From Bdellovibrionales bacterium (GTDB taxonomy: Bacteria; Bdellovibrionota; Bdellovibrionia; Bdellovibrionales; UBA1609): DNA of 32,000 nucleotides. Below the pieces are notes generated by a model. That model saw only the letters and a program-made list of their open reading frames with translations, made no database searches and was not told where the DNA came from. The position numbers and the translations under genes are program-made. The stretch spans positions 240,001 through 272,000 of the forward strand of contig OY843585.1 of NCBI GenBank assembly GCA_963692945.1. Reading direction: 5' to 3'. Of this stretch, positions 9,667-20,463 are shown piece by piece (positions within the stretch are counted from its first letter, which is position 1; each line of letters opens with the position of its first letter).

Positions 9667-9972
9667 TTAATCCTTTAGTTGATTTAAAGAATCCACATTG
9701 ATTCTTTTAAAAATTTTATACACACGAACAGCAAGAGCTAAACCAATACCGGCTTCAGCCGCTGCCACACTCATAATAAAAAAAACAAGAACAGGGCCAT
9801 CTTTTAATCCATAAACACTGGAAAAAGAAAGAATGTTTAAGTTAACAGCATTTAACATTAACTCTAAACTCATTAAGATGACTAAAATATTTCTTCTCAG
9901 TAAAACTCCAACCATTCCAATAAAAAACAGCATGGCGGCCAGAAAGAAAGGAAAAAAAGTGGTTATCTCCAT
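9667..9972 (-). CDS. nuoK: NADH-quinone oxidoreductase subunit K
   Basis: 101 aa with three TM helices. It carries the conserved LMSLELMLNA and AAAEAGIGLA motifs and sits between nuoJ and nuoL. Confidence 0.92.
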   Translation of the reverse strand: MEITTFFPFFLAAMLFFIGMVGVLLRRNILVILMSLELMLNAVNLNILSFSSVYGLKDGPVLVFFIMSVAAAEAGIGLALAVRVYKIFKRINVDSLNQLKD

Positions 9973-9974
9973 AT

Positions 9975-10466
9975 TTAATCTCTGTCCAAACGAATCAAAG
10001 CCACAACACCTATAGCAACAATTAAAAGTAAAAACCCTAACATCTCAAAAATTAAAATGTATTTTGTAAAAATTTGTAGTGCCAATTCTTTTAGTGAAAA
10101 ATCTATAGCACTTTGTTTTTGAGAAGGATTAGAAAAGGCCATTAAAAAAATCACTCCTGAAATCAAACCAAAAAGAAAAAGAGGCAACCCCCATGCCAGT
10201 GAATTTCTTTTTTTCTCTTTAAGGTCTTCTTTTTGAAAGTCAAAAAGCATAAGCACCATAACAAACAAAACGATCACAGCTCCTGCATAAACAATAAGTT
10301 GCAGCCCAGCGATAAAAGGAAACCCTAACAGAAAAAAAATTCCAGCTAAAGAAACCATAGAACAAGCTAAAAACAAAGCTCCATAAGCTACATTTTTAGA
10401 TGTGACTGTTTTTAAAGCCGAACCGATTAAAACAATAGAGAAAAAATAAAGAAGTGCGCTATCCAA
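9975..10466 (-). CDS. nuoJ: NADH-quinone oxidoreductase subunit J
   Basis: 163 aa membrane protein. Motifs are NVAYGALFLA and QLIVYAGAVIVLFVMVLML. It overlaps the nuoH stop by 8 nt. Confidence 0.85.
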   Translation of the reverse strand: MDSALLYFFSIVLIGSALKTVTSKNVAYGALFLACSMVSLAGIFFLLGFPFIAGLQLIVYAGAVIVLFVMVLMLFDFQKEDLKEKKRNSLAWGLPLFLFGLISGVIFLMAFSNPSQKQSAIDFSLKELALQIFTKYILIFEMLGFLLLIVAIGVVALIRLDRD

Positions 10467-11610
10467 AAGCCTCTCCTAGAGAAAATTGACCAAGAAATAT
10501 AAACAAAGCGGTCACCACAGCATTCCCAAAAGCCCACGGAAGTAAAATCTTCCAACCTATATCCATTAAACGATCATAACGAAATCTCGGTAAAGACCAA
10601 CGTATCCACATAAAAATAAATAGGAATGTAAAAAACTTTCCTAAAAACACAGCAAACAAAATCAAAGAAGTGATTAAACTGCTGTCAAATAGAGCTCCTA
10701 AAGATTCTTCCGTAAAGAAAGGATAAAAACTATAACCTCCAAAATAAAAAATAACCATAAGAGCGGAAGCCACCATCATATGAGAATATTCACCTATATA
10801 AAATAAAATAAGTTTTATACCTCCATACTCTGTATGGTAACCCGAAACCAATTCCCCTTCAGCCTCTGGAAGGTCAAAGGGAATCCTATTGCTTTCTGCA
10901 ATTAAAGCAATAAAAAAAATCAAAGCCCCTATAGGTTGATAAAAAATTCCCCAATTGGGCAGAAAAGAAATCTGAAAGTCTTTTTGAAACAAAGAAAACT
11001 GTAAGGCTTGACTTTGAGATCGTATGATTTCTAAAAAATCAAGAGAGTTAAATAAAAGTAAGACACCAACTAAAGAAAGACTCAATGCCAATTCATAACT
11101 GATGGTTTGTGCAGCCGCTCTTAAAGCTCCAAACAAAGGATAACGGCTACCAGAACTCCAACCAGCCATCAAAAGAGCATAAGCAGAAAGAGAAGAAATA
11201 CCGAGAGCAAAAACAACTCCAACATTCAAATGAAAAGCTTGCATATAAAAAGTATATGGGCCTAAATTTTGACCGAATAGCTGAAAGGCTGGAAAAACAA
11301 CAGGAGATGAAAAAGGAAGAGAACCAAAAACAAGTGCTGGAGGAACAACAGCAAAAATAGGTGCTAGATAATACACCCACTTACGATTGCTCTCGACAAC
11401 AAAATCCTCTTTCATCAAAGGCTTTATAAGATCCGCTAAAATTTGCATCAACCCTAAGGGGCCAACACGATTTGGACCTAGCCGATTTTGAATCAAAGCA
11501 GAAACTCTCCTTTCAGCCCAAACTAAAAGAGGCACTAGAGCAATCATAGAAAAAAAAATAAGATTCAATTTAGAAAAGTTGATAAAAATTTCAAAAAAGC
11601 CCTCTCCCAT
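10459..11610 (-). CDS. nuoH: NADH-quinone oxidoreductase subunit H
   Basis: 383 aa. Motifs are AERRVSALIQNRLGPNRVGPLGLMQ.LAD.IK, ESNRIPFDLPEAEGELVSGYHTEYGG and RWSLPRFRYD. It starts immediately after the nuoA stop. Confidence 0.93.
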   Translation of the reverse strand: MGEGFFEIFINFSKLNLIFFSMIALVPLLVWAERRVSALIQNRLGPNRVGPLGLMQILADLIKPLMKEDFVVESNRKWVYYLAPIFAVVPPALVFGSLPFSSPVVFPAFQLFGQNLGPYTFYMQAFHLNVGVVFALGISSLSAYALLMAGWSSGSRYPLFGALRAAAQTISYELALSLSLVGVLLLFNSLDFLEIIRSQSQALQFSLFQKDFQISFLPNWGIFYQPIGALIFFIALIAESNRIPFDLPEAEGELVSGYHTEYGGIKLILFYIGEYSHMMVASALMVIFYFGGYSFYPFFTEESLGALFDSSLITSLILFAVFLGKFFTFLFIFMWIRWSLPRFRYDRLMDIGWKILLPWAFGNAVVTALFIFLGQFSLGEAFG

Positions 11611-11973
11611 TTATTTCCACTCCAAAGCTTTAGTTTTTATCTCCCACCATAATCCAAAAAGAAAAAGAAGAAGAAAAAATCCTACAGAAAACAAAACAGG
11701 CAAAACCACTTCACTGGCTAAAAAATCTCTGTAATAAATCGCAAAAGGATACATAAAAATGATCTCTATATCAAAAACAATAAATAAAATCCCTGTTAAG
11801 AAAAACTTAACGGGAACTCTCGAATCTTTTTTTGGGACAGAAGGCACTCCACACTCATAAGCCGAACCCTTTGTTTTTGTAGGAACATCCTTAGGGCCTA
11901 AAAAATGAGATATCCCAATTAGAAAAGCACAAAAACTAAAAGCCACGAAAAATAAAACAAAAATAGCACCCAT
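11611..11973 (-). CDS. nuoA: NADH-quinone oxidoreductase subunit A
   Basis: 120 aa. It has YECG, VKFFLTGILFIVFDIEIIFMYP and a C-terminal LEW. It is the first gene of the cluster. Confidence 0.9.
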   Translation of the reverse strand: MGAIFVLFFVAFSFCAFLIGISHFLGPKDVPTKTKGSAYECGVPSVPKKDSRVPVKFFLTGILFIVFDIEIIFMYPFAIYYRDFLASEVVLPVLFSVGFFLLLFLFGLWWEIKTKALEWK

Positions 11974-12031
11974 AAGTTTATATCTACTAGAAAAATCTAG
12001 TTTTGGGCAGAATTAAGCCCCCTTTTTAGCA

Positions 12032-15000
12032 TTGCAACAAAACCCTTTACTCTTTATACTACTTTTTTCTTTAGGGAGGCCTTTTTTTGGAAGGAAGTGC
12101 AACCTTATTTTTCGGAGTGACTTTGATTTCAATGCTACTTTTAAAAAAAGAACTCCTTTGATATTTATGGCCTTTACAGATTTCAAAAAAGATTTTACCC
12201 ACTTTCACAAAAGTTCATCTCCTAAAGAGATTAGAGGAGTTGAAGCTTTTTCTAGTCTTGCACTGCTGTTTGAAAAAATCTTCGTCCCGGAACAAAAATC
12301 TCCTCAAATTTTAGTGGCACCTGATAGAGATTTAAAAAAAATAAAAAAATTTCTACTACTTAAAAAACCCAAGTTTTCTTGGTTTGATTTGCCTGCCGCT
12401 CCCCTGACAAACTCCCTTTTTGCAGAAAAAATTTGGAACCAAAGAAGACTTTGGCAGTCTTGGGCAAAACAGGACTCTCCTTCCTTATTTCTAACCACCC
12501 CCTTATCTCTTTTGAAAAAAAGCTCCCTTAAGCCTCCTTTCCTACTTTTAAAAAAAGGAGACACCTTAGAAGATTTTGAAAAACTAGGTTATAAACAAAA
12601 ATCTTTTGTAGAAAAAGTAGGTGATTTTTCTCAAAGGGGTTTTTTATTAGACATTTACTCCCCCTCTTACTCATCCGCCCTTCGCTTAGAGTTAATGGAT
12701 GATAAGATTCTTCATATCAACTTACTTTCCAAGGATTTAAAAAAGAGAGAGGATTCCTTAGAAGAAGCTCTTATCTCCTCTTTAAAAGAATGGCAACTCT
12801 CTGGAGAAGATAAAAAAAATCTTTGTCAGATATTAAAGGATCGCTTCACTAAGGATGAGCTGCCTTTTAGAGAAGATCTCTTAAAAAAAATATCTAGAGG
12901 AGACACCCCCTTTGGTTTTGAATCTATTCTCAACACTTTAGATGAAACTTGTTCCCTAGATTTTTTCTCTCAAAAACCCACTTTGTGGATTTTAGAACCT
13001 GAAAACACAAAAAAAGATTTTGAAGAATCTCTTAAAAAAATAGAAGAGGAGTATCCTCTTTTTAAAAAAGATTTTCTTTATCTACCTTGGAAAAAACTGA
13101 CGCTGGAATCTCAAATTACAATTCATGCTTCCGCCCCTCCTTTTACAAATCCTTCCGAAAAAACAAATCTACAAATAAATCATTTTCACTCTAAGGTTTT
13201 GAAAAAACCCAAAAACTTAAAAACTCTTTTGGAAGATACTCCTGTAGATTATATTATTTTTGTAAGTCAAAACCTCTCCTTAGAAAAACAAATCAAACAA
13301 ATTCTTTTTGAAACCCCCTTAGAAAATCAAGAAAAATCATTAGACACACAAACTTCATTTCAAGGAAAGACCCTTGTTTTCTTGCAAGGAATTTTGGAAG
13401 AAAGTTTTTTCAGTGAGGAAGGCTCTGCTTATCTTCAATCCGAACATGTCCTTCCTCAAGCAAAACAAGCCTCTCAAACTTCTACCTTTGAATTTTTTAG
13501 ACAACAATCTAAATCCTTAGAGTTTTCCCAGATGGAACAAGGAGACCTCGTTGTTCACAGACAACATGGTGTGGCTCAATTTGAAGGTCTAAAAACTTTA
13601 ACAACCCATGGACAAACTCAAGATTTTTTTGTGTTGCTTTATCAAAAAGGAGATAAACTTTTCCTTCCAGCTCATAAGGCCAAAGAAATCAAAAGATATT
13701 CTAGAAAATCCAATGTTAAAATCACTAAGCATTTATTAGACCGACTTGGAGACCCTAGACGCTGGGAAACAAAAAAATCTCAAGCTAAAAAACACATTCA
13801 AAGCATTGCTTTAGACCTTATGAATCTTTACAAAAAAAGAAAGCAAAGTTTCAGAAAACCTTTTCAATCCGTTGCAAAACCTCTTGAAATTTTTGCTCAA
13901 GCATTTCCTTTTGAAGAAACTCTCTCTCAAAAAAAAGTTATAAAAGAAGTTCTTGCTGATATGGATCAATCTCACCCTATGGATCGGTTGCTTTGTGCTG
14001 ATGTCGGTTTTGGAAAAACAGAAGTGGCCTTAAGAGCTTCTTTTAGAGCTCTTGAAAACCAGCTTCAGGTTTGTTTTTTAGCTCCTACAACTCTTTTAAG
14101 CTTGCAACATTATGAGAACTTTAAGTTGCGATTTAAAAATTGGCCTTTTCGTATCTCTTTGTTAAATCGGTTTAACTCTGAAAAACAAAAAAAGGAAATC
14201 TTTAAAAATGTTCAAAATGGAAAAATTGACTTTTTAATAGCCACTCATTCTGTTTTTTCTCCTCATCTTTTCTTTAAAAATTTAGGTCTTTTGATTATTG
14301 ATGAAGAGCATCGGTTTGGAGTTAAACAAAAGGAACGACTCTCCCGATTTAAACACAATTTGGATACACTTTCTCTTTCTGCTACACCAATCCCTAGAAC
14401 ACTTAATATGGCTTTAAGTGGAATCAAAGATATCAGTGTGCTTTCTACAGCCCCTGCAAAACGAAAGCCTATTAAAACTTTTCTAAAAAGCTGGGATGAA
14501 GGGATTGAAGATTTTATTGTTGAATCTTGTAAGTTTGAAAAAAACCGAGGGGGACAAATTCTCTTTGTGCATAATAGAATCAAAAGCATTTATCAAAGAG
14601 CAGAACAACTACAAAAACTTTTACCTAACTTCAAGATAGCTTGTGTCCATGGCAATATGAAATCTTCAGATTTAGAAAAAATCATTCTAGATTTTTTTGA
14701 AAAAAAGTTTGATCTACTACTCGCAACAAATATCATTGAATCGGGAATGGATATTCCTCAAGCCAATACTATTTTTATTGATAGAGTCCATGAAATGGGA
14801 CTCAGTCAAATTTATCAACTGAAGGGTCGTGTTGGACGAGCCGAACAACAAGCCTATTGCTATCTTCTTATTCCTAGAAGAGAAGGGCTTTCTTCTATAG
14901 CCAAGGAAAGACTTTCTCTTTTAGAAAAACACCAAAGCTTAGGTGCTGGTTTTCAATTGGCATTACATGACTTAGAAACCAGAGGAGCTGGGTCTCTTTT

Positions 15001-15511
15001 TGGAGGAGAACAAAGCGGACATCTTCATGCTCTTGGAGAGGATTTATTTTTTGAAATTTTAAATGAAAGTTTAGAAGATCAAAAAGAAGGATTTGTTGAC
15101 CCAGAAATCAACCTCCCCCTGTCCATAGGAATCCCTTCTTCTTATATTCCTGATTCAAGGCTTCGTCTTCTCTATTATAAAAGTTTATCCGAAGCTGAAA
15201 AAACAGATCGCCTTGAGAATTTAAAACAAGACCTTTTAGAAAATTTTGGAGCCTTTCCAGAAGATCTTAAAAACTTATTCTCACTTTTAAAAATAAAATC
15301 TATTTGTAAAAATCTCCTGATTAGAGATTTAAAAGTTTCGGAGACTTGTTTGACTTTGGTTTTTCATGAAAAAGCAAAAGTGCCTTTAGAAAAAGTTCTA
15401 TCCTGTATTGAAACAAAAGGATGGGGAATGCCAACGGAACACTCTTTAAAAATCCCTATAAAAAAAGAAGAGATGTTTCTTCAAATAGAAAATATTCTTA
15501 AAGAATTTTAA
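12032..15511 (+). CDS. mfd: Transcription-repair coupling factor
   Basis: The ORF-track start is TTG at 12032; the first ATG is at 12167, and the true start is uncertain. It has a CarD/TRCF RNAP-interaction region (GDLVVHRQHGVAQFEG), helicase Walker A GFGKTEVA, DEEHRFG, LSATPIPRT, QLKGRVGR and a TRG-type C-terminus. Confidence 0.9.
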   Translation: MQQNPLLFILLFSLGRPFFGRKCNLIFRSDFDFNATFKKRTPLIFMAFTDFKKDFTHFHKSSSPKEIRGVEAFSSLALLFEKIFVPEQKSPQILVAPDRDLKKIKKFLLLKKPKFSWFDLPAAPLTNSLFAEKIWNQRRLWQSWAKQDSPSLFLTTPLSLLKKSSLKPPFLLLKKGDTLEDFEKLGYKQKSFVEKVGDFSQRGFLLDIYSPSYSSALRLELMDDKILHINLLSKDLKKREDSLEEALISSLKEWQLSGEDKKNLCQILKDRFTKDELPFREDLLKKISRGDTPFGFESILNTLDETCSLDFFSQKPTLWILEPENTKKDFEESLKKIEEEYPLFKKDFLYLPWKKLTLESQITIHASAPPFTNPSEKTNLQINHFHSKVLKKPKNLKTLLEDTPVDYIIFVSQNLSLEKQIKQILFETPLENQEKSLDTQTSFQGKTLVFLQGILEESFFSEEGSAYLQSEHVLPQAKQASQTSTFEFFRQQSKSLEFSQMEQGDLVVHRQHGVAQFEGLKTLTTHGQTQDFFVLLYQKGDKLFLPAHKAKEIKRYSRKSNVKITKHLLDRLGDPRRWETKKSQAKKHIQSIALDLMNLYKKRKQSFRKPFQSVAKPLEIFAQAFPFEETLSQKKVIKEVLADMDQSHPMDRLLCADVGFGKTEVALRASFRALENQLQVCFLAPTTLLSLQHYENFKLRFKNWPFRISLLNRFNSEKQKKEIFKNVQNGKIDFLIATHSVFSPHLFFKNLGLLIIDEEHRFGVKQKERLSRFKHNLDTLSLSATPIPRTLNMALSGIKDISVLSTAPAKRKPIKTFLKSWDEGIEDFIVESCKFEKNRGGQILFVHNRIKSIYQRAEQLQKLLPNFKIACVHGNMKSSDLEKIILDFFEKKFDLLLATNIIESGMDIPQANTIFIDRVHEMGLSQIYQLKGRVGRAEQQAYCYLLIPRREGLSSIAKERLSLLEKHQSLGAGFQLALHDLETRGAGSLFGGEQSGHLHALGEDLFFEILNESLEDQKEGFVDPEINLPLSIGIPSSYIPDSRLRLLYYKSLSEAEKTDRLENLKQDLLENFGAFPEDLKNLFSLLKIKSICKNLLIRDLKVSETCLTLVFHEKAKVPLEKVLSCIETKGWGMPTEHSLKIPIKKEEMFLQIENILKEF

Positions 15512-15560
15512 AGAAGAGATGTTTCTTCAAATAGAAAATATTCTTAACGAATTTTAAAGA
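15464..15560. repeat. 46-bp tandem direct repeat, about 2.1 copies, at the mfd/atpC convergent 3' ends
   Basis: Unit 15464-15509 equals 15510-15555 with one mismatch (A at 15502 versus C at 15548). A further 5 nt (15556-15560) repeat the unit start. Copy 1 holds the last 15 mfd codons and its stop. Copy 2 holds the atpC stop (15554-15556). Confidence 0.95.
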
Positions 15561-15946
15561 TCTTTTTCACCTTGAAGTCTTAGTCTTTCTTTTTCTAATT
15601 CTTCTCGCTCACTAGGTTCTATATCCAATCTTTCTAATTTTTCTTCTATCGCTTTTAAGTCTTTTGTGATTTGAACAAGATCAAGAGCTTCTTTGGTTTG
15701 AACAGACTCAGCTAAAACTTTTACTTCCTCTTTAGAAATTTCTAAATATCCCCAACCAATAGCCACCTTTTTCCAAGAAGAAGAATCTTTTGTTTTGTAT
15801 TTTAAAACTCCAGCTTGAAGCAAAGAGATTAAAGAGGCATGACCTGGTAAGATGCCAAGTTCTCCTTTTACGGAAGGAACTAAAACCTCTTGGACAGGCT
15901 TTTGAACAAGGAGAGGATTTTCTGGGGTATAAATGCTAAGTTTCAT
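15554..15946 (-). CDS. atpC: F1 ATP synthase epsilon subunit
   Basis: 130 aa. The N-terminal beta-sandwich pattern is LSIYTPE..VQEVLVPSVKGELGILPGHASLISLL, followed by a helical C-terminus. It lies directly downstream of atpD. Confidence 0.9.
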   Translation of the reverse strand: MKLSIYTPENPLLVQKPVQEVLVPSVKGELGILPGHASLISLLQAGVLKYKTKDSSSWKKVAIGWGYLEISKEEVKVLAESVQTKEALDLVQITKDLKAIEEKLERLDIEPSEREELEKERLRLQGEKDL

Positions 15947-15963
15947 TTTCTACTCTTTTTGTT

Positions 15964-17352
<1,389 letters not shown>

Positions 17353-18234
17353 TTATTTTAAAGCCTCTACTCCAGCTACAATTTCTGTTAGTTCCGTTGT
17401 TATAACGCTTTGTCTTAGTTTGTTAAATTTTAATGTCAAAGAAGAAATCATATCCTTTGCGTTTGTCGTTGCACTTTCCATAGCAGCCATACGAGAGCCA
17501 TGTTCAGCAGCTACGTTTTCACACAGACATCTATAAATTTGAACGCTAAAGTATTTCTCTAAAAGACTCTCCATAACTTTTTCAGGCTTTATTTCAAAAA
17601 TAAGATCTTGCTCAAAAAAATCATTTCCTTTTTTAGAAAGCCTTTCCGAAGATAAATCAAAAGGTAAAAATCTCTCGCACACAATTCTTGGAGTTATAAT
17701 GGTTTTAAATTCATTGTAAATAATAAAAACAGCATCGTAGTTTTTAGACAAAGTTTTTTCCATAAGATTTTTTGAAATTTTAGCAGACAAAGGGTAAGAA
17801 ACCTCTTTCACTAAATTGAGCAAAGGCTCTTCAACTCCCTGAACACCACGAAATTTAAAATAGTCAGACCCTTTTTTACCAATAAAAAAAAGATCTGTTT
17901 CTGGATAAGATTTTTCTCTCAAAAACTGCTCTGTGAACCGACAAATGTTCCCATTAAAGCCTCCACAAAGACCCCGGTCACTTGTCATAACTACAATTAA
18001 AACTTTTTTTATTTCCTCAGGTCGCTTTTGTTGAAAAAAAGAATGAGTCACTCTTTGACTTAAAACCACATCTCTTAAAACCTCCTCTAAAGAGTCAGCA
18101 TAATTTCTTAAGTTTAAAATTCGGTTCTGAGCAAAGCGAAGCCTTGCCGCTGAAATCATTTTCATTGCTTTTGTCATTTTTTGGGTGCTTGTAACGCTCC
18201 CTATACGAGTCTTTATTTCTTTTAATCCTGCCAT
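17353..18234 (-). CDS. atpG: F1 ATP synthase gamma subunit
   Basis: 293 aa. It begins MAGLKEIKTRI.SV.STQK.TKAMKM.SAA and ends LTLKFNKLRQS.IT.EL.EIV.G..AL. Confidence 0.95.
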   Translation of the reverse strand: MAGLKEIKTRIGSVTSTQKMTKAMKMISAARLRFAQNRILNLRNYADSLEEVLRDVVLSQRVTHSFFQQKRPEEIKKVLIVVMTSDRGLCGGFNGNICRFTEQFLREKSYPETDLFFIGKKGSDYFKFRGVQGVEEPLLNLVKEVSYPLSAKISKNLMEKTLSKNYDAVFIIYNEFKTIITPRIVCERFLPFDLSSERLSKKGNDFFEQDLIFEIKPEKVMESLLEKYFSVQIYRCLCENVAAEHGSRMAAMESATTNAKDMISSLTLKFNKLRQSVITTELTEIVAGVEALK

Positions 18235-18246
18235 AATTTTTACTTC

Positions 18247-19767
18247 TTAAGAGTGATTTTGTTTAAACACCGCTTTAAATTCTTCCATAACTTTTTCTAA
18301 CTCTTGTTTTGTTTCTTTTTGAAGACTCCCCTCTTTTTTTATAGAATCTAAAATGTTTGAATATCTATCTTGAATAAATTTTCTAAATTCTTTTTCAAAA
18401 TCCATGATTTTATCAACAGGAATATCGTCCACCAAACCTTCCGTTGCAAAAAAGATTATGAGAATTTGCATTTCTACAGGAACAGGAGATTCTTCTTTTT
18501 GTTTTAAAACTTCCACTAAACGAACTCCTCGCTCCAATTGCTTTTTAGAAACTTCATCTAAATCCGAAGCAAAAGCGGCAAAAGATTCTAAAGAACGAAA
18601 TTGAGCAAGATCTAATTTTAAAGTTCCTGCCACTTGTTTCATTGCTTTTATTTGTGCAGCTCCTCCAACTCTAGAAACAGATTTCCCAACATTAATGGCT
18701 GGACGAATATTTTTATAAAACAAATCGGTCTCTAAAAAAATTTGTCCGTCTGTAATAGAAATCACATTGGTTGGTATATAAGCAGAAATATCACCGGCTT
18801 GAGTTTCTACAATAGGAAGAGCTGTTAAAGAACCCCCACCTAGTTTGTCGTTCATCTTAGCGGCTCTCTCTAAAAGTCTTGAGTGAATATAAAAAATATC
18901 TCCCGGGAAAGCCTCTCGCCCCGGAGGTCTTCTAAGTAACAAAGACAACTGTCTGTAAGATTGAGCTTGTTTTGTTAAGTCATCATAAATGATTAAAGCA
19001 TGCTCCCCCTTATCTCTAAAGTACTCTGCCATTGTAACTCCAGCATAAGGTGCAAGAAATTGTAGAGCCGCAGGTTCAGAGGCCGTTGCAGAAATAACGG
19101 TGGTGTATTCCATTGCACCCACTCTTCGTAATTTTTCAACCACTTGAGTAACAGTAGATCTCTTTTGTCCAATGGCTACATAGAAACATTTCACATTTTG
19201 ATTTTTTTGATTGATGATTGTGTCAATAGCAACAGCTGTTTTTCCAGTTTGCCTGTCTCCAATAATCAGTTCCCTTTGACCTCGGCCAATAGGAATCATA
19301 GAGTCAATGGCTTTCAATCCCGTTTGAAGAGGTTCACTCACAGGTTGTCTTGCAATGATTCCTGGAGCTTTCTTTTCTAAAGGTTCAAATTGATTCGTTT
19401 GAATTTCCCCCAGACCATCCAAAGGTTGTCCCAAAGTGTCCACAACGCGACCAAGAAGGGCCTCCCCAACAGGAACTTTTACGATCTCTCCCGTTCGGCG
19501 AACTTCATCCCCTTCCTTGATATTGTGATCTTCCCCTAATAAAATAAGACTCACACTGTCTTGCTCTAAATTCAGTGCAAGAGCTTTTTCTCCTCCACTA
19601 AAAGAGACCATCTCTCCAAAAAGAACGTTTTTTAAACCAAAAACTCGGCACACTCCATCTCCAACAGAAATAACCTGTCCCCACTCTGAAACATCTAAAG
19701 ATTTTTCATAGTTACTGATTTGCTGTTTTAAAAGACCCCGAATTTCATCGGCTTGAAACGAAGACAT
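18247..19767 (-). CDS. atpA: F1 ATP synthase alpha subunit
   Basis: 506 aa. Motifs are Walker [41 protein letters not shown] and ITDGQIFLE. Confidence 0.98.
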   Translation of the reverse strand: MSSFQADEIRGLLKQQISNYEKSLDVSEWGQVISVGDGVCRVFGLKNVLFGEMVSFSGGEKALALNLEQDSVSLILLGEDHNIKEGDEVRRTGEIVKVPVGEALLGRVVDTLGQPLDGLGEIQTNQFEPLEKKAPGIIARQPVSEPLQTGLKAIDSMIPIGRGQRELIIGDRQTGKTAVAIDTIINQKNQNVKCFYVAIGQKRSTVTQVVEKLRRVGAMEYTTVISATASEPAALQFLAPYAGVTMAEYFRDKGEHALIIYDDLTKQAQSYRQLSLLLRRPPGREAFPGDIFYIHSRLLERAAKMNDKLGGGSLTALPIVETQAGDISAYIPTNVISITDGQIFLETDLFYKNIRPAINVGKSVSRVGGAAQIKAMKQVAGTLKLDLAQFRSLESFAAFASDLDEVSKKQLERGVRLVEVLKQKEESPVPVEMQILIIFFATEGLVDDIPVDKIMDFEKEFRKFIQDRYSNILDSIKKEGSLQKETKQELEKVMEEFKAVFKQNHS

Positions 19768-20109
19768 GATTTAACCCCCTGAAGATTTGAACTTCTTAAG
19801 ATGACACTCTAAAGTGTCGTTAAATATATAATTCCCTACTTTAACGTAGAGACCACCCATAAGATTTGTATCTTGTCTTGATTCAAGATCAACCTTTTTT
19901 TTAAAAAAAGAACCCACTGATTTTTCTATGGCTTGAAACGAAGACATGATTTAACCCCCTGAAGATTTGAACTTCTTAAGATGACACTCTAAAGTGTCGT
20001 TAAATATATAATTCCCTACTTTAACGTAGAGACCACCCATAAGATTTGTATCTTGTCTTGATTCAAGATCAACCTTTTTTTTAAAAAAAGAACCAAGCGA
20101 CTTTTCTAT
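19750..20109. repeat. 180-bp tandem duplication spanning the atpH 3' end / atpA 5' start junction
   Basis: 19750-19914 is identical to 19930-20094 (165 bp). The remaining 15 bp of each unit (19915-19929 versus 20095-20109) differ at 4 positions. Confidence 0.95.
19771..19947 (-). other. Chimeric 58-codon ORF created by the tandem duplication (atpA codons 1-6 fused to the last 52 codons of atpH)
   Basis: My own translation is MSSFQAIEKSVGSFFKKKVDLESRQDTNLMGGLYVKVGNYIFNDTLECHLKKFKSSGG*. It inherits the same GGGGG SD-like context and ATG as atpA. It falls below the ORF-track length cut-off. Confidence 0.45.
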
Positions 20110-20463
20110 CTCCTGTTTTTTCTTCACAGATATTTCTTCAAGACTACAAACAACACCTCTAAGCTTTGAATTTTTTTCATCTAAAAGATTTTCATAAGTT
20201 TGAACAATTTCTGGAAGAAGGAAAAGGGCTTGCCGATCCAGCAAGAGAAAAAGAAAATTTTGTAAATTGGTCTCACTCTTTTTTATCGCTTTTTTTAGAA
20301 CTTCTTTTTTATCTTTTAAAGGAATAACCAAAGAATCAAAAAACTCAAAGAAAGATTTCTCGTTTAAAACTTCTGACAACACCTTTAAAGACTTTAACAA
20401 GGACTCACTGGCTTCCACATCAAAAAAAGATTTTCCGTAATTTTCAGCTCTCTTAGAAATCAT
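19951..20463 (-). CDS. atpH: F1 ATP synthase delta (OSCP) subunit
   Basis: 170 aa. It lies between the b subunit and alpha genes. The C-terminus (D..L.GG..V.VG....D.SL...L) is OSCP-like. Its start overlaps the atpF stop by 4 nt. Confidence 0.85.
   Translation of the reverse strand: MISKRAENYGKSFFDVEASESLLKSLKVLSEVLNEKSFFEFFDSLVIPLKDKKEVLKKAIKKSETNLQNFLFLLLDRQALFLLPEIVQTYENLLDEKNSKLRGVVCSLEEISVKKKQEIEKSLGSFFKKKVDLESRQDTNLMGGLYVKVGNYIFNDTLECHLKKFKSSGG

Noticed and set aside
11109-11380. Two overlapping ORFs (83 aa plus strand, 77 aa minus strand alternative frame) inside nuoH
   Set aside because: They lie entirely within, or antisense to, a strongly supported conserved gene. Their translations are low-complexity (K/E/Q-rich or C/S/F-rich), typical of shadow ORFs in AT-rich DNA.
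12032-12166. 45-codon N-terminal extension of mfd from the TTG at 12032
   Set aside because: It is hydrophobic and basic, unlike the Mfd N-terminus, and has no SD sequence. It is probably untranslated promoter or leader sequence. The coordinate is kept only because the true start (ATG 12167 or later) cannot be settled from sequence alone.
14263-14589. 108-aa antisense ORF inside mfd, and likewise 12304-12564
   Set aside because: They are antisense to the conserved helicase core of Mfd. They have no SD sequence and no recognisable motif, so they are shadow ORFs.
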